Of a stretch of DNA of 64,000 nt, positions 50,376 through 62,731 are shown in pieces; the stretch's first letter is position 1, and every line of letters begins with the position of its first letter. The DNA is from Octopus sinensis. Lineage: Eukaryota. The stretch lies in the NCBI RefSeq assembly GCF_006345805.1, contig NC_043007.1, positions 40,486,001 to 40,550,000 on the forward strand. The letters run 5' to 3'. Both the position numbers and the translations under genes were made by a program. A model generated the notes under the pieces. That model saw only the letters and a program-made list of their open reading frames with translations. It searched no databases and was not told the origin of the DNA.

Positions 50376-51190
50376 TATTATTAATATTATTATTGCTATT
50401 AATAGTAGCAATGGTATTATTATTATTAATATTGGTAGTAGTAGTAGTAGTAGTAGTAGTTATTAATATTAGTATTAGTGGTGGAACTATTAGTATCAAC
50501 ATTCGCCTCCGCTGTATTTCGATCTTCGTTAGAAGCGGGTATGTTAAGGATTTAGCCAAAACCTTCTTTCAAATAGTAGATTCTAACTTCCCACGTCACT
50601 AAAACTACCATCCGATCTTCAATAGATCTACCCTAAAATTATTCTACTCCTCTCCATCCAGTATAGAATTTATTGTCACCACTTGCAACAAGCGTAAACT
50701 AAATTCCTACTACTTAAATATATAATCATAACATAAGTCAAAGTCACGGAATCACTAATACTGACATTGATGGTATACGCCAGACCCGCATCCCTAGCAC
50801 TACAACTAGAAGTAACCAGGATACAAACATCCCTGCTTTCAACAAAGGTCGACGTGCAGCTGAGGCGATGTTGATACTAATAGCACCACCACTAATACTA
50901 ATGCCAATAGCTCTAATACAACCATTACTACTACTATACTACTACTACTACTACTACTACTATACTACTACTACTAATAATAATAATAATAATAAGAGCC
51001 AATCCCCTAATACCACCCTTAATTTTAATTTCTCCTTAAATAGCACTGTATCTTTCACTAATAACCCACATAGGACAGATAGCTACAACTAACGATCCGC
51101 GACCGAATGCCCGTTGCAAACCCACTGCAGAATATTTAACGTAGTATACAAATGCACGGTCCACAACATATTGCATAATTCTACTATCTT
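49400..51190. mobile_element. Penelope-like element with divergent inverted duplication; GIY-YIG on -, linker and GIY start on +
   Basis: ORF 49406..49813 CPL...VY...YYI...STLANHIHHL...ISWAI...CRLCLKE...CRH. Plus 50540-50720 LAKTFFQIVDSNFP...IFNRSTLK; plus 51103-51190 CPLQTHCRIFNVVYKC. Confidence 0.8.
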
Positions 51191-51511
51191 CTATAGGTAA
51201 TTTCAGTTCAATAACTTTTAGTTTTCGTAGTTTTTAGGTTTTAATTTTCTTAGTTTGTAATTTTAAGTTTTAAGATTTAAGTTTTAATTTGGATTTAAGT
51301 TTTAACTTTAATTCTTAATCATTTAATTCGTTTTATTTAATTGCTATTAAACTTGAAATATACTTTTAGATATTTGGCGCTAACCACTAAACTATTGTCT
51401 TTTATTACCTTACCTAGATTAGCCCTCCACCTCCCCTTTACTGAAATTTTAACTTTTGATCTCTCACCTCGATGTAATATTGACATATCTCAGTCATTAT
51501 ATATATATATA

Positions 51512-51547
<36 letters not shown>

Positions 51548-51626
51548 GAGTAGAAAATGGAGATATACAATTGTCAATTCAAAAATTAAAATTTATTAAC
51601 ATAATATTAAATTACACTATGTTCTC

Positions 51627-51660
<34 letters not shown>

Positions 51661-51671
51661 TTAAATATAAA

Positions 51672-51743
51672 TTACATACAAGGGTTGCGATTCCTACCCA
51701 AAATAAAATTATAAAAAGTTGTGGGTAAGAATCTCTTCAGTAT
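51672..51743 (-). ncRNA. Decayed hammerhead (GAAA changed to GCAA)
   Basis: AUA-CUGAAGA-GAUUCUUACCCA/UGGGUAGGAAUC-GCAAC-CCUU-GUA-UGU; 12-bp stem II. Confidence 0.45.
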
Positions 51744-52074
51744 CATTTTTGATATATGAGGATTCACAGATCCAAGAAAATACTGAATTTAAATATATTT
51801 GTTTTCTAGCGTGACCGTCCATAATTAAAAACAAAAACAGTTAAAACATAAAAAATAAAATATGAAATATAAACTAATGTAACGGCCATAAGAAATATTT
51901 CTATGCTATCAAATATGTTAATTTAAATATATCTTAGAGCATTTGTTTTTATAAAATTCTAGGAACAATATTTTAAAAAGTATTATAAAAAAAGTATTTT
52001 TAAAAACCATGGAGAAATAAAAATTACTCCTTTCATTCTATCATATTATTAAAAAATTCAGATTATTATATATT

Positions 52075-52486
52075 TCTTTATTGCCCACAAGGGGTTAAAC
52101 ACAGAGGGGACAAACAAGGACAGACAAACGAATTAAGTCGATTACATCGATCCCAGTGCGTAACTGGTACTTATTTAATCGACCCCGAAAGGATGAAAGG
52201 CAAAGTATACCTCGGCGGAATTTGAACTCAGAACGTAGCGGCAGACGAAATACCTACTTCTTTACTACCCACAAGGGGCTGAACACAGAGGGGACAAACC
52301 AGGACAGACACACGGATTAAACGAGTATATCGATCCCAGTGCCCAACTGGTACTTATTTAATCGACCCCAAAAGGATGAAAGGTAAAGTCTACTTCGGCG
52401 GAATTTGAACTCAGAACGTAACGGCAGACGAAATACGGCTACTCATTTCGCCCGGTCGTGCTAACGTTTCTGCCAGCTCGCCGCCT
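52075..52486 (-). mobile_element. SINE family A dimer
   Basis: Same junction as 10577-10990 (gaaatacc|tacttcttta near 52255). Confidence 0.85.
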
Positions 52487-53459
52487 GATTCAATTATCAT
52501 AATAACAATACGCTATTTATCTATTTATCTATGTTATTATAATAACAATACACTATTTATCTAAATAGTAAAATAATATATTTAAACTACGATATCAACT
52601 CTTGTCAAATAACAAATAATATTATAAATTGCATTGCATGATTTATTTATAATAATCATTACTAAAATCAAAGATTAATGATTAAAAGCTACGTAGTTTA
52701 TATAAGAAAGAAACTTTCTAAAACACATTATCTAAAACAATTAAATAAATGCTGAATAAAAAAGAGTTAATCATATGGACTTCAAAGATGACCTTTTGCT
52801 AATTACTCATTTCAATACTAAAAAAACAATGCTGGTTTTTCAGAAGAAAAATCTCATCATAATGTTTATATACATTTATACTTACGGAACAATAGAAAGG
52901 ACATAATTTCCCAAACGTAATTTACAGATTGTGTTTTTACTGTGATGTACAATAAATATTGTTTATGCAAGAATAATTTTTATCCATACTAATTTTTACG
53001 TAAATAAATAAAAAAATTCTTATTTTCAGAGGAAATAATTCACTTTAAATCAATATGTTTATAATTTAATGCATTCATAATATAATACTAAAAATATATA
53101 ATATTTAGAATAGGCTCTCCTTTAAAATTTAATATAAATTAATATAATTATATTTATGATCATTCAATATAAAATAACATAACATGTATGTATGTTTGAA
53201 AAACATGTATGTAAGTTTGACAACCAGTGCTGGTGTATTTGCATCAACGTAACCTAGCGGTTCGCCAGAAGGGAGCGATAGAATAAGTACAAAGCTGGAA
53301 AAATAAGTCCTTGGCTCGATTTGTTCGACTAAAACATGTATGTATGTATGTATGTACGTACGTGCATACGTACATACATATGTACGTACATACATACGTA
53401 CGTACATACATACATACATACATACATACATACATACATACATACATACATACATACAT

Positions 53460-55640
53460 TTGTGTGTTTCACTCGTTGAAACTCATCTTAGCCCTGATAT
53501 AGAGGACGTACCAAAATATACCATATTGCGAACGGACAGAAGGGAAAGGAGCCATGATGGAGTTGCTGTATACATCCATGAGGAAGTCACGCCCCAGGTT
53601 CTACTGTCTTATTCAAATTCAGTATATGACACTCAAGTTGTATACACAAGATATAATATAGTCATATGTAATATATATCGCCCACCGGATGGATGCTCCT
53701 AACCACACGGGCAAGTTTGAAGATTGCCTCACAAGCATAAAAACCCTCACAAAACTGGAACATTACGTGAGTGTGTTTCTTATGGGTGATTTCAACTTCC
53801 CAAGTGTCAAATGGCCCAAGGGCCTCATGCTCTTTGGAATGACTCATTGCAAATAAGTACAGGTGGAGTACTCTTACGCCTAGGTATATTCACATGCTCA
53901 ACCGCACCAATGCCCTATTCATGGAGTAAATTGTTCTCTGAACAACCAGGGCAAAGAAGTCTGGGTTATAAAACAAAGTAGAGCCAAACCCAAAGGCTTT
54001 ATTTTATTATGCCAAAGAAACGGCCTAATTATGCTGCAGATTAGGACCCTTCTTTCAGATGGATGGCTTCCTCACAGATAACTCAACCAACATCAGGGAA
54101 GTACTAAATGACCAGTTCAAAAGTGACTTTACTACCCCTCTGGAACACAAACAAGTGAACAAATCAGTGGATTTTTTTGCCACCTCGCCTATAACCATTG
54201 CAGAAGATATAATACTAGCCATAGATGATGTGGACGCAAACTCAGCTGCTGGCCTTGATGATTTCCTATCAACCCTCCTCAAATCGTGCAAACGTGCCCT
54301 GGCAAAACGACTACAGATTCTCTTTTCTTGTAAATGATAGGCTGCCAAGCAAACTGAAGGAGGGAATAATATGCCCGATCCATAAACGAAGAACCAGCGC
54401 GCATGTCAAAAATTGCAGACTTCACACATCAGCAAAGTTATGAAACGAATAGTCAGAGAGAAACTAATCGCACTCCTTGAAGAAAACTAATTGCTGAGTG
54501 ATACCCAGAATGGTTTTCAACCGGGTATGAATTACTTAACACAACTCCTACAGCACTATGACTGGGTGTTGAAGCAGTTACTCGACAATTGAAAATATAC
54601 TTTGACATTGCAAAAGCTTTTGATGAAGTCGATCATGGTATGATATGTCACAAACTGCGCGCTCTTGACATAGGTGGAAAACCTGGAGAGTGGTTACATG
54701 TCTTTCTGAACGATAGAAGTCAGACAGTGGTGGACAATGGAGCCACCTCAAAGGAAACACAAATAGTGAATGGTGCTCCATAGGGTACTGTCTTGGAACC
54801 ACTACTTTTCATAGTGACCCTCTCAGATATGCCCTGAACTTCCCGGATAGCCACCCTTGCTAGCTACGCAGACGATGCGAAAATCTCGCAGAAAATACAG
54901 AACCCTAGCGATGTTGCACATCTGCAGCAGGAGTTCGACGCAATTTACAAGTGGAAAGAGGACAAAGAAGAGGAGCCCCCCTTCGGTCATGAATGACCAT
55001 GGGATTGCACCTAAAATGTTACCCTCCAAGGCACAGATTGTTTGTGGAAGGCTAGCAGTCGCCCATGCATACCATGCATACCAACCTCCCCTCTCCACCC
55101 CACTGATGTTATCCAAGGGAAAGGCAAAGGCCAATACTACCTGGCACTACAGCTGAGTGAAATGGAGTAACATGAAATAAAGTGTCTTGCTCAAGAATAC
55201 AACACAGCTCGGTCCGGGAATCGAACTCACAGCCTCACGATCGTAAGCTCTACGCTCTAACCACTAAGCCATGCGTTTTCACTGAGGACAATAATATGTA
55301 GTTGAATGCTGGACAATTTCAAGCCCTCCGCCACAAGCACCCCAAATTGAACGAAAAACTTACAGAGTACGATGGTTCGGAAGGGATTACAGTCCCAGAA
55401 CTTAAATCAGTGCGTAGCCTGGGTATCGACATGAATGATAACTCTTTCCAAGTGCTCATTACCAAGATGGGGACAAAGTGCAGCCGGCTGGCTAGCTGGC
55501 TAGATAGCAAGAACCTTCAGAACCAGGGAGAAAGAAACCATGATGGTCCTCTGAAGGATATACGCCCTCTGCCTCCTGGACTACTACTCCGAACTATGGT
55601 CACCCCACAGTGTAAAATTAACAGCGGACCTTGAAGCAAT
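53460..55640 (+). mobile_element. Decayed CR1/L2-like LINE (APE and RT fragments) with a SINE D insertion at about 54965-55280
   Basis: LRTDRRERSHDGVAVYI, NIYRPP, MGDFNFP, YFDIAKAFDEVDHG, GAP*GTVLEP, YADD. Confidence 0.85.
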
Positions 55641-55725
55641 CAAATAAAAGAATAAGAGAATACACACACACACACACACATATATATATACGCATATACA
55701 TATGCATACACACACACATATATTT

Positions 55726-55882
<157 letters not shown>

Positions 55883-55974
55883 CGGGAAGCTTTATGAAAA
55901 TAGACAAAAGACGAAGCAGGTGGAAAACAAACGAACAATTGTATTAGTATGGCGCTCAGGAAATATAAATAAAA

Positions 55975-57050
55975 CAAGTCTTTAACGTTTCGAGCCTACG
56001 CTCTTCAACAGAAAGATACGCAGAGAGAAAAAAACACAGAAAGAAGGAGAGAAAAAAAATGCGTGCAGTAGCTAACGAATCAACATGGCGATCTGATTTC
56101 GGCCAGAGGTCAAAGATCAAACATGAGACGCGAGAGCGAAATAAGGGGAGATAATAGGGTTGATAATAGGGTTGATAATAGGGTTGAAGGACCAGCTAAT
56201 AGTGCGTAGGAGGGGTCTGGACGTGTGTATGTATAGGGTTGGTGTATGTATTAGTATGTATTAGTATGTATTAGTACGTATTAGTATGTATTAGTTGGTG
56301 TATGTATTAGTATGGCACATCATATATGATGTGATGTGTAAAGTCGTGTGGTGTAGTGAGGAGAAGAGGGGGAGGGGAGAAGAGGGGGAGGAGGGGGGGA
56401 AGAGGAGAGGAGGGGGAGAAGGAAGGGAGGAGGGGGAGAAGGAAGGGAGGAGGGGGGAGGAAGGAGGAAAGGGGGAGGAGAGGAGAGGGAGAGGGGGAGA
56501 GAGAAGGGGAGTGAGGGAGTGAGGGAGCAGAGGGAAGGGGAAGAGGGAAGGAGGGAGGGAGAAAGAGGGAAGAAGGAAGAGGGAGAAAGAGGGAAGAAGG
56601 GAAGGGGAGTAGGGGTGAAAGATGAAGGACTGAAGAAGTAGGGGTCGGGGGGGAAAGGATGGAAGGGTGAGGGGGGGGAGGGGGGGGGTGTTAGATGAGG
56701 AGGGGGGAGAGTTGAGACCAAATGGCGTATAAGAGCGAGAGAGAAGATTAATTCCTGTTCACGGCGCAAACGGGAATCCGGATGGCCTCTGTGTAAGGAC
56801 AAACCGAACACAGATAGGTGTTGCAAGGAGTGACCGGTGGAGCGGAAATGGCGTGAGACCGGTGTGTCGTTCGCAAGGTGGATGTCACGAAGGTGTTCCG
56901 CGAACCGGTCAGCCAAGCGGCGTCCCGTTTGTCCGATGTACAAGGAATTGCAGAGAGAGCAAGAGATGCAATAGATAATATTGCTGGAGGTGCAGGTGAA
57001 GGAGTGAAAGCAAAAATAATTTATGTCCAATGTGGTTCGAAGTGAAAAAG
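55975..57050 (-). mobile_element. Penelope-like element 3' part: GIY-YIG endonuclease, pyrimidine-rich tail and terminal hammerhead
   Basis: ORF 56320..57030 FTCTSSNIIYCISCSLCNSLYIGQTGRRLADRFAEH...REQELIF; abuts (TA)n. Confidence 0.88.
55979..56016 (-). ncRNA. Type-I minimal hammerhead, core variant CUGUUGA
   Basis: UCUUU-CUGUUGA-A-GAGC(GUAG)GCUC-GAAAC-GUU-AAAGA; stem III is the palindrome ACGU. Confidence 0.65.
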
Positions 57051-57148
57051 AGGTGAAACAAATGAACTAATATAAAAACTCCTTTTCTTATTTTGTCATT
57101 TTCATCATTACCTTGTAAGTATGAATATGTGTGTGTCTATGTGTATGT

Positions 57149-57204
<56 letters not shown>

Positions 57205-57215
57205 ATATATATATA

Positions 57216-57995
<780 letters not shown>

Positions 57996-58801
57996 GGTGG
58001 TCGCTGTTTTCTTGAAATATCCAAACATGATAACCAATGAACGGTGGAACGTGCGTCGATCATCGGGTGGAAATCGGAGAACGCCCTTTCAGTGGCCGCC
58101 CGGAAACCCCGCCTTATGTTTATGAGCGTTCCATGCTTGTATATTATGTGTGTTTGTGTGTGTGTGTAGATTATTATCTATACTATGTATGTGTGTATGT
58201 ATCTATGTATGTATGTCGTTATTCAGTTTTATTTCAAAATTTCTTGCCACTAGAGAAAGAGCCGGTCTCTAATCTAGATCCAATGCTACTTCATTCGAAT
58301 TTCAACATTAAAAGCTGTGTATTAAAAGCTTGTTTTGTTTTATGTATGTATTCTCATGCATATAGATGCATATCTAGGCATACTGATAGATACTTTAATG
58401 ATAAACTTCTGGGAAGTTTTACAGATTTTTACAGTTCCGGCGATAGATTGGATCTGTAGTCTATGTATGCATGTATGTATGCATGTATGTATGCGTGCAA
58501 TCATGTGTATATGGGAGCATGCCTACATGCGTCTATGTATGTATCCATTTATGTAAGTACGTACGTATGTCTGTATTACGTATGTATATTCTTTTACTCT
58601 TTTACTTGTTTCAGTCATTTCACTGTGGCCATCCTGGAGCACCGCCTTTAGTCGAGCAAATCGACCCCAGGACTTGTTCTTTGTAAGTCTAGTACTTATT
58701 CTATCGGTCGCTTTCGCCGAACCGCTAAGTTACGGGGACGTAAACACATAGCATCGGTTGTCAAACACATACAGACAAACACACACACACACACACATAC
58801 A

Positions 58802-58854
<53 letters not shown>

Positions 58855-59339
58855 CATATAATATACATATAAACGACGGGCTTCTTTCAATTTCCGTCTA
58901 TCAAATCCACTCACAAGGCTTTGGTCGGCTCGAGGCTATAGTAGAAGACACTTGCCAGTGAGACTGAACCTGGAACCATGTAGTTCGTAAGCAAGCTACT
59001 TACCACACAGCCACTCCTACGCCTATGTATATTCACATTTTTTATTGATTAGAATTCTTCTTAGAAGAAGGCAGATGATCTCTAACAAAGAAGCAAAAGC
59101 TTCTTCATCAGTAGAATTTGGATAACAACAATGATTTTTATATTGAATTTTAACAAAGTTTTGCACATTTTAACTGTTCCACTTATATATTTTACCCGTA
59201 AAGTGTGTGTTGACCGATAAATTTCTGAGTTTAACAATTTTAGCCTTTACAGATTGTCACTGAAACATTTACTAACACAACCATGCGCATAAATGATTAT
59301 TGATGTAAATGTTTATTTTTTTATTTATGCTCCTTTTCA

Positions 59340-59630
59340 AGCCTAGCCACGCTCATGGGCCCGGTTTCCCGGTTTCTGTGGCGTATGTGTTCCCCCCAGT
59401 TGGACGGGACGCCAGTCCATCGCAGCATTATTCAAGAAACAAGAAGAAAGAGTGAGAGAAATTTGGGGCGAAAGAGTACAACAGGGGTCGCCACCACCCC
59501 GTGCCGGAACCTCGTGGAGCTTTAGGTGTTTTCGCTCAATAAACACACACAACGCACGGTTTGGGAATCGAAACTGCGATCCTCCACCCGCGATTCCGCT
59601 GCCCTAACCACTGGGCCATTGCACCTCCAC
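59340..59630 (-). mobile_element. SINE family C variant with a different 3' part
   Basis: Head gtggaggtgcaatggcccagtggttagggcagcgg...gtttcgattccc. Confidence 0.78.
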
Positions 59631-59894
59631 TGATGTGGATGTCCATAAATACTCTCCTTGTTCCTTTACGAAACGATATTCATAGCTGCAGAGCAGATAG
59701 ATACTATGAGAGCACATGATTTTTTTTCTATACTTCAAATAACTAAATTAGATCTATTATGTTAGAGGTTTTGATGCGAATGTTCCTTCTAATTACTTGT
59801 TCTGATATGTATGTTTGTATGTATTCCATAGCAGTGATGTTAATATTTATCCTAGAGCTAAGTGTTATTTCAGTTGAATAGTTAGCACTTCTGG

Positions 59895-60100
59895 CATAAG
59901 GCAGTGAGCTGCAGAATCGTTAGCACGCCGGGCAAAATGCTTAGCGGTATTTCGTCCCTTTGTACGTTATGAGTTCAAATTCCGCCGACGTCGGCTTTAC
60001 CTTTCATCTTTTCGGAGTCAATAAAATAAGTACCAGTTGAACACTTGGGTTGACTTAGCGCTTCTCTCAAACCTACTGACCTTGTGCCAAGATTTCAAAC
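59895..60100 (+). mobile_element. SINE family A-related
   Basis: ggcagtgagctgcagaatcgttagcacgccggg...gagttcaaattcc. Confidence 0.75.
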
Positions 60101-60233
60101 GAATATTTATCTCAGAGCTTGCGTATGGCATCCTGTGTTGTTTTAGCAACATCATGTGCGTTATTACCTCGCAGTGGCAGTTATTACTTCGCCGCAGGTG
60201 TTATTACTTCGATATCAATTTTGGACAGTTTCT

Positions 60234-60423
60234 TATATATGTACAGTTTGTAACAAACCATGCCTTTCTTTTGCTGGGCTCAAATCTTATCTGAGGACAC
60301 ATAAAATACGAACCCCCCACCAAATATTCTGCCTGTATGTATGTGCACATCTTTCAATGCCGTGTATGCTATAAGGTCTGCAAATCAAACAGAGCTCTCA
60401 AAAACATTTTAAGATTCACAAAG
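60234..60423 (+). pseudogene. Two decayed C2H2 zinc fingers, probably a LINE ORF2 C-terminus
   Basis: YICTVCNKPCLSFAGLKSYLRTH and FQCRVCYKVCKSNRALK followed (after a frameshift) by HFKIH. Confidence 0.55.
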
Positions 60424-60587
60424 ATCGGAACTTAACTGAAGTTCTTGTTAAACTCCGAAAGTTATCGGTTAACACACACTTTACGAGTAAAATGTATAAG
60501 TGAAACAGTTATGTGGATGTCTTTTCAATACAATGTCTGGTTTAAAAAGCCACATAAGACGCCATGATGGAACAAAGGGGTAAGTCA

Positions 60588-60968
60588 GTGGAGGCGCAAT
60601 GGCCCAGTGGTTAGGGTAGCGGACTCGTGGTCGTAGGATCGCGGTTTCGATTCCCAGACCGGGCGTTGTGAGTGTTTATTGAGCGAAAACACCTAAAGCT
60701 CCACGAGGCTCCGGCAGGGGATGGTGGTGATCCCTGCTGTACTCTTTCACCACAACTTTCTCTCACTCTTACTTCCTGTTTCTGTTGTACCTGTATTTCA
60801 AAGGGCCGGCTTTGTCACTCTCTGTGTCACGCTGAAAATCCCCGAGAACTACATTAAGGGTACACGTGTCTGTGGAGTGTTCAGCCACTTACACGTTAAT
60901 TTCACGAGCAGGCTGTTCCGTTGATCGGATCAACCGGAACCCTCGTCGTCGTAACCGACGGAGTGCTT
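60588..60968 (+). mobile_element. SINE family C, full length
   Basis: A box tggcccagtggtt, B box ggtttcgattccc; ends gtcgtaaccgacggagtgct. Confidence 0.85.
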
Positions 60969-61002
60969 CCAAGGGGTAAGTACAAGAGGTGGTCAGACTC
61001 GG

Positions 61003-61287
61003 CATGTATGTATGTATGTATGTATGTATGTATGTATGTATGTATGTATGTATGTATGTATGTATGTATGTATGTATGTATGTATGTATGTATGTATGTA
61101 TGTATGTATGTATGTATGTATGTATGTATGTATGTATGTATGTATGTATGTATGTATGTATGTATGTATGTATGTATGTATGTATGTATGTATGTATGTA
61201 TGTATGTATGTATGTATGTATGTATGTATGTATGTATGTATGTATGTATGTATGTATGTATGTATGTATGTATGTATGTATGTATGT
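61003..61287. repeat. Essentially perfect (ATGT)n microsatellite, about 285 bp
   Basis: Direct reading. Confidence 0.97.
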
Positions 61288-62307
61288 TATGCCTTCTACA
61301 TAAGAGTGGCGTTTACGGATGCATCTTGGAAGTTTAAAGGCATCACTCATCCGTTTGTTCATGAAGTATTTTGTAGATTTATCCTGCTCTTGAATTACAA
61401 AAATTGCAGTCTTTGTGATATGATGTGATGTAGCGGTCCCAAGTCTATCTCTCTGAGGTTATGGGGCATATTCAGGAATAAGCTCTTTGCAAAGTATTAT
61501 TGTTCAAGGCCTTTGCTGAGACACGCTAGCCTTGCATTTTTAGGTTTGCATGGAAAGTCATCAGAAGGCGTTTCTTGGGCTGTTCACTACTAAAGTACAG
61601 AATGTTATTCACTTCACTTTTGAGCGCTTGGTTGATGAATGCTTAAGTTAATTATTTATTTATTTATTTATTATTATTGATCATAAACGTGGTCCTAGTA
61701 ATATTATATGGCATTGCTGCAGCAATATTAAGCCTTTTCTTTCTTTTCTCTGGGACAGACTGTCAATATCATTGTTTTTATGGAATTTTTCAGTTATAAA
61801 TCAAGCTCTTGCTCTTTTTAATATATACGGAGCGTATTTTTTCTGTAGATCAGTCAAAATCCAAATTGTTAGTATTAGTATTGGTACTACAAATGCATTG
61901 TAGAATATTTTTGTTGTAAGAGAAAAGCTCTATAAAGGAATTTATGAATGCATAAATATAAAAACACACATACAAATATTTATTTATATACACACGTTTG
62001 TGTGTGTCTGACTGTCTGTCTGTGTTTATGACAAGTCTATTTGAATCTATAAATTACTCAGTATAGAGAAAATGCTAAAAGTACAATGGGGTACAAAACG
62101 ATGGGAAACTGCACGTGATCCAGCAGTGCTATCAAAGCCACTAATTTGGTGACATGCCGGTACACAGTGGCTGCTAGATCATATTTATTCAAGTAGTTAC
62201 TTATATAACATATTATGTAAATGTATGATATCAGCCACAAACAACTGTTATCTTTGCACAGAAATTTGGGATTAAAGCCAGTTCATTCCATCTTCTTGTT
62301 TTATATA

Positions 62308-62351
<44 letters not shown>

Positions 62352-62449
62352 ATAAAGGGTGGAATATAATTAATTTAATAAAATTAATCAATTTCACCTA
62401 GTAGATTTATCGGTATGGAAAAGACCATATTTGGTAAGGGTTATAATAA

Positions 62450-62697
62450 TTATAATTAAGGGTTAATTGCAACAAGTTGCTCAAAACCACATACCGAAAA
62501 TATTAGAAACAGCAGCCAAAATTGATCACTATTTCCTCTACTAATAAAAAGTCTCCACAAACAAACAGAATTTGTAAGCTGTTTGTTTGTGGAGACTTTT
62601 TATTAGTAGAGGAAATAGTGATCAATTTTGGCTGCTGTTTCTAATATTTTCGGCATGTGGTTTTGAGCAACTTGTTGCAATTAACCCTTAATTATAA
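62450..62697. repeat. Near-perfect palindrome: 119-bp arms, 10-nt loop, 1 mismatch
   Basis: Arms 62450-62568 and 62579-62697; begins with the ataattaagggt motif; (TA)n flanks. Confidence 0.92.

Positions 62698-62729
<32 letters not shown>

Positions 62730-62731
<2 letters not shown>

Noticed and set aside
56295-56710. Glu/Gly/Arg-rich and Pro/Ser-rich ORF extensions
   Set aside because: They derive from a polypurine/polypyrimidine tract in the PLE 3' region; read-through follows a probable frameshift at the GIY-YIG end.
59060-59120. Minus-strand CUGAUGA followed by an AGAAGC/GCUUCU hairpin
   Set aside because: No GAAA or stem III follows the hairpin, so a hammerhead cannot be completed.
60588-60665. 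tRNA-like sequences with A/B boxes at SINE heads
   Set aside because: They continue into SINE bodies present in many diverged copies, and no complete cloverleaf was evident, so they are not called tRNA genes.
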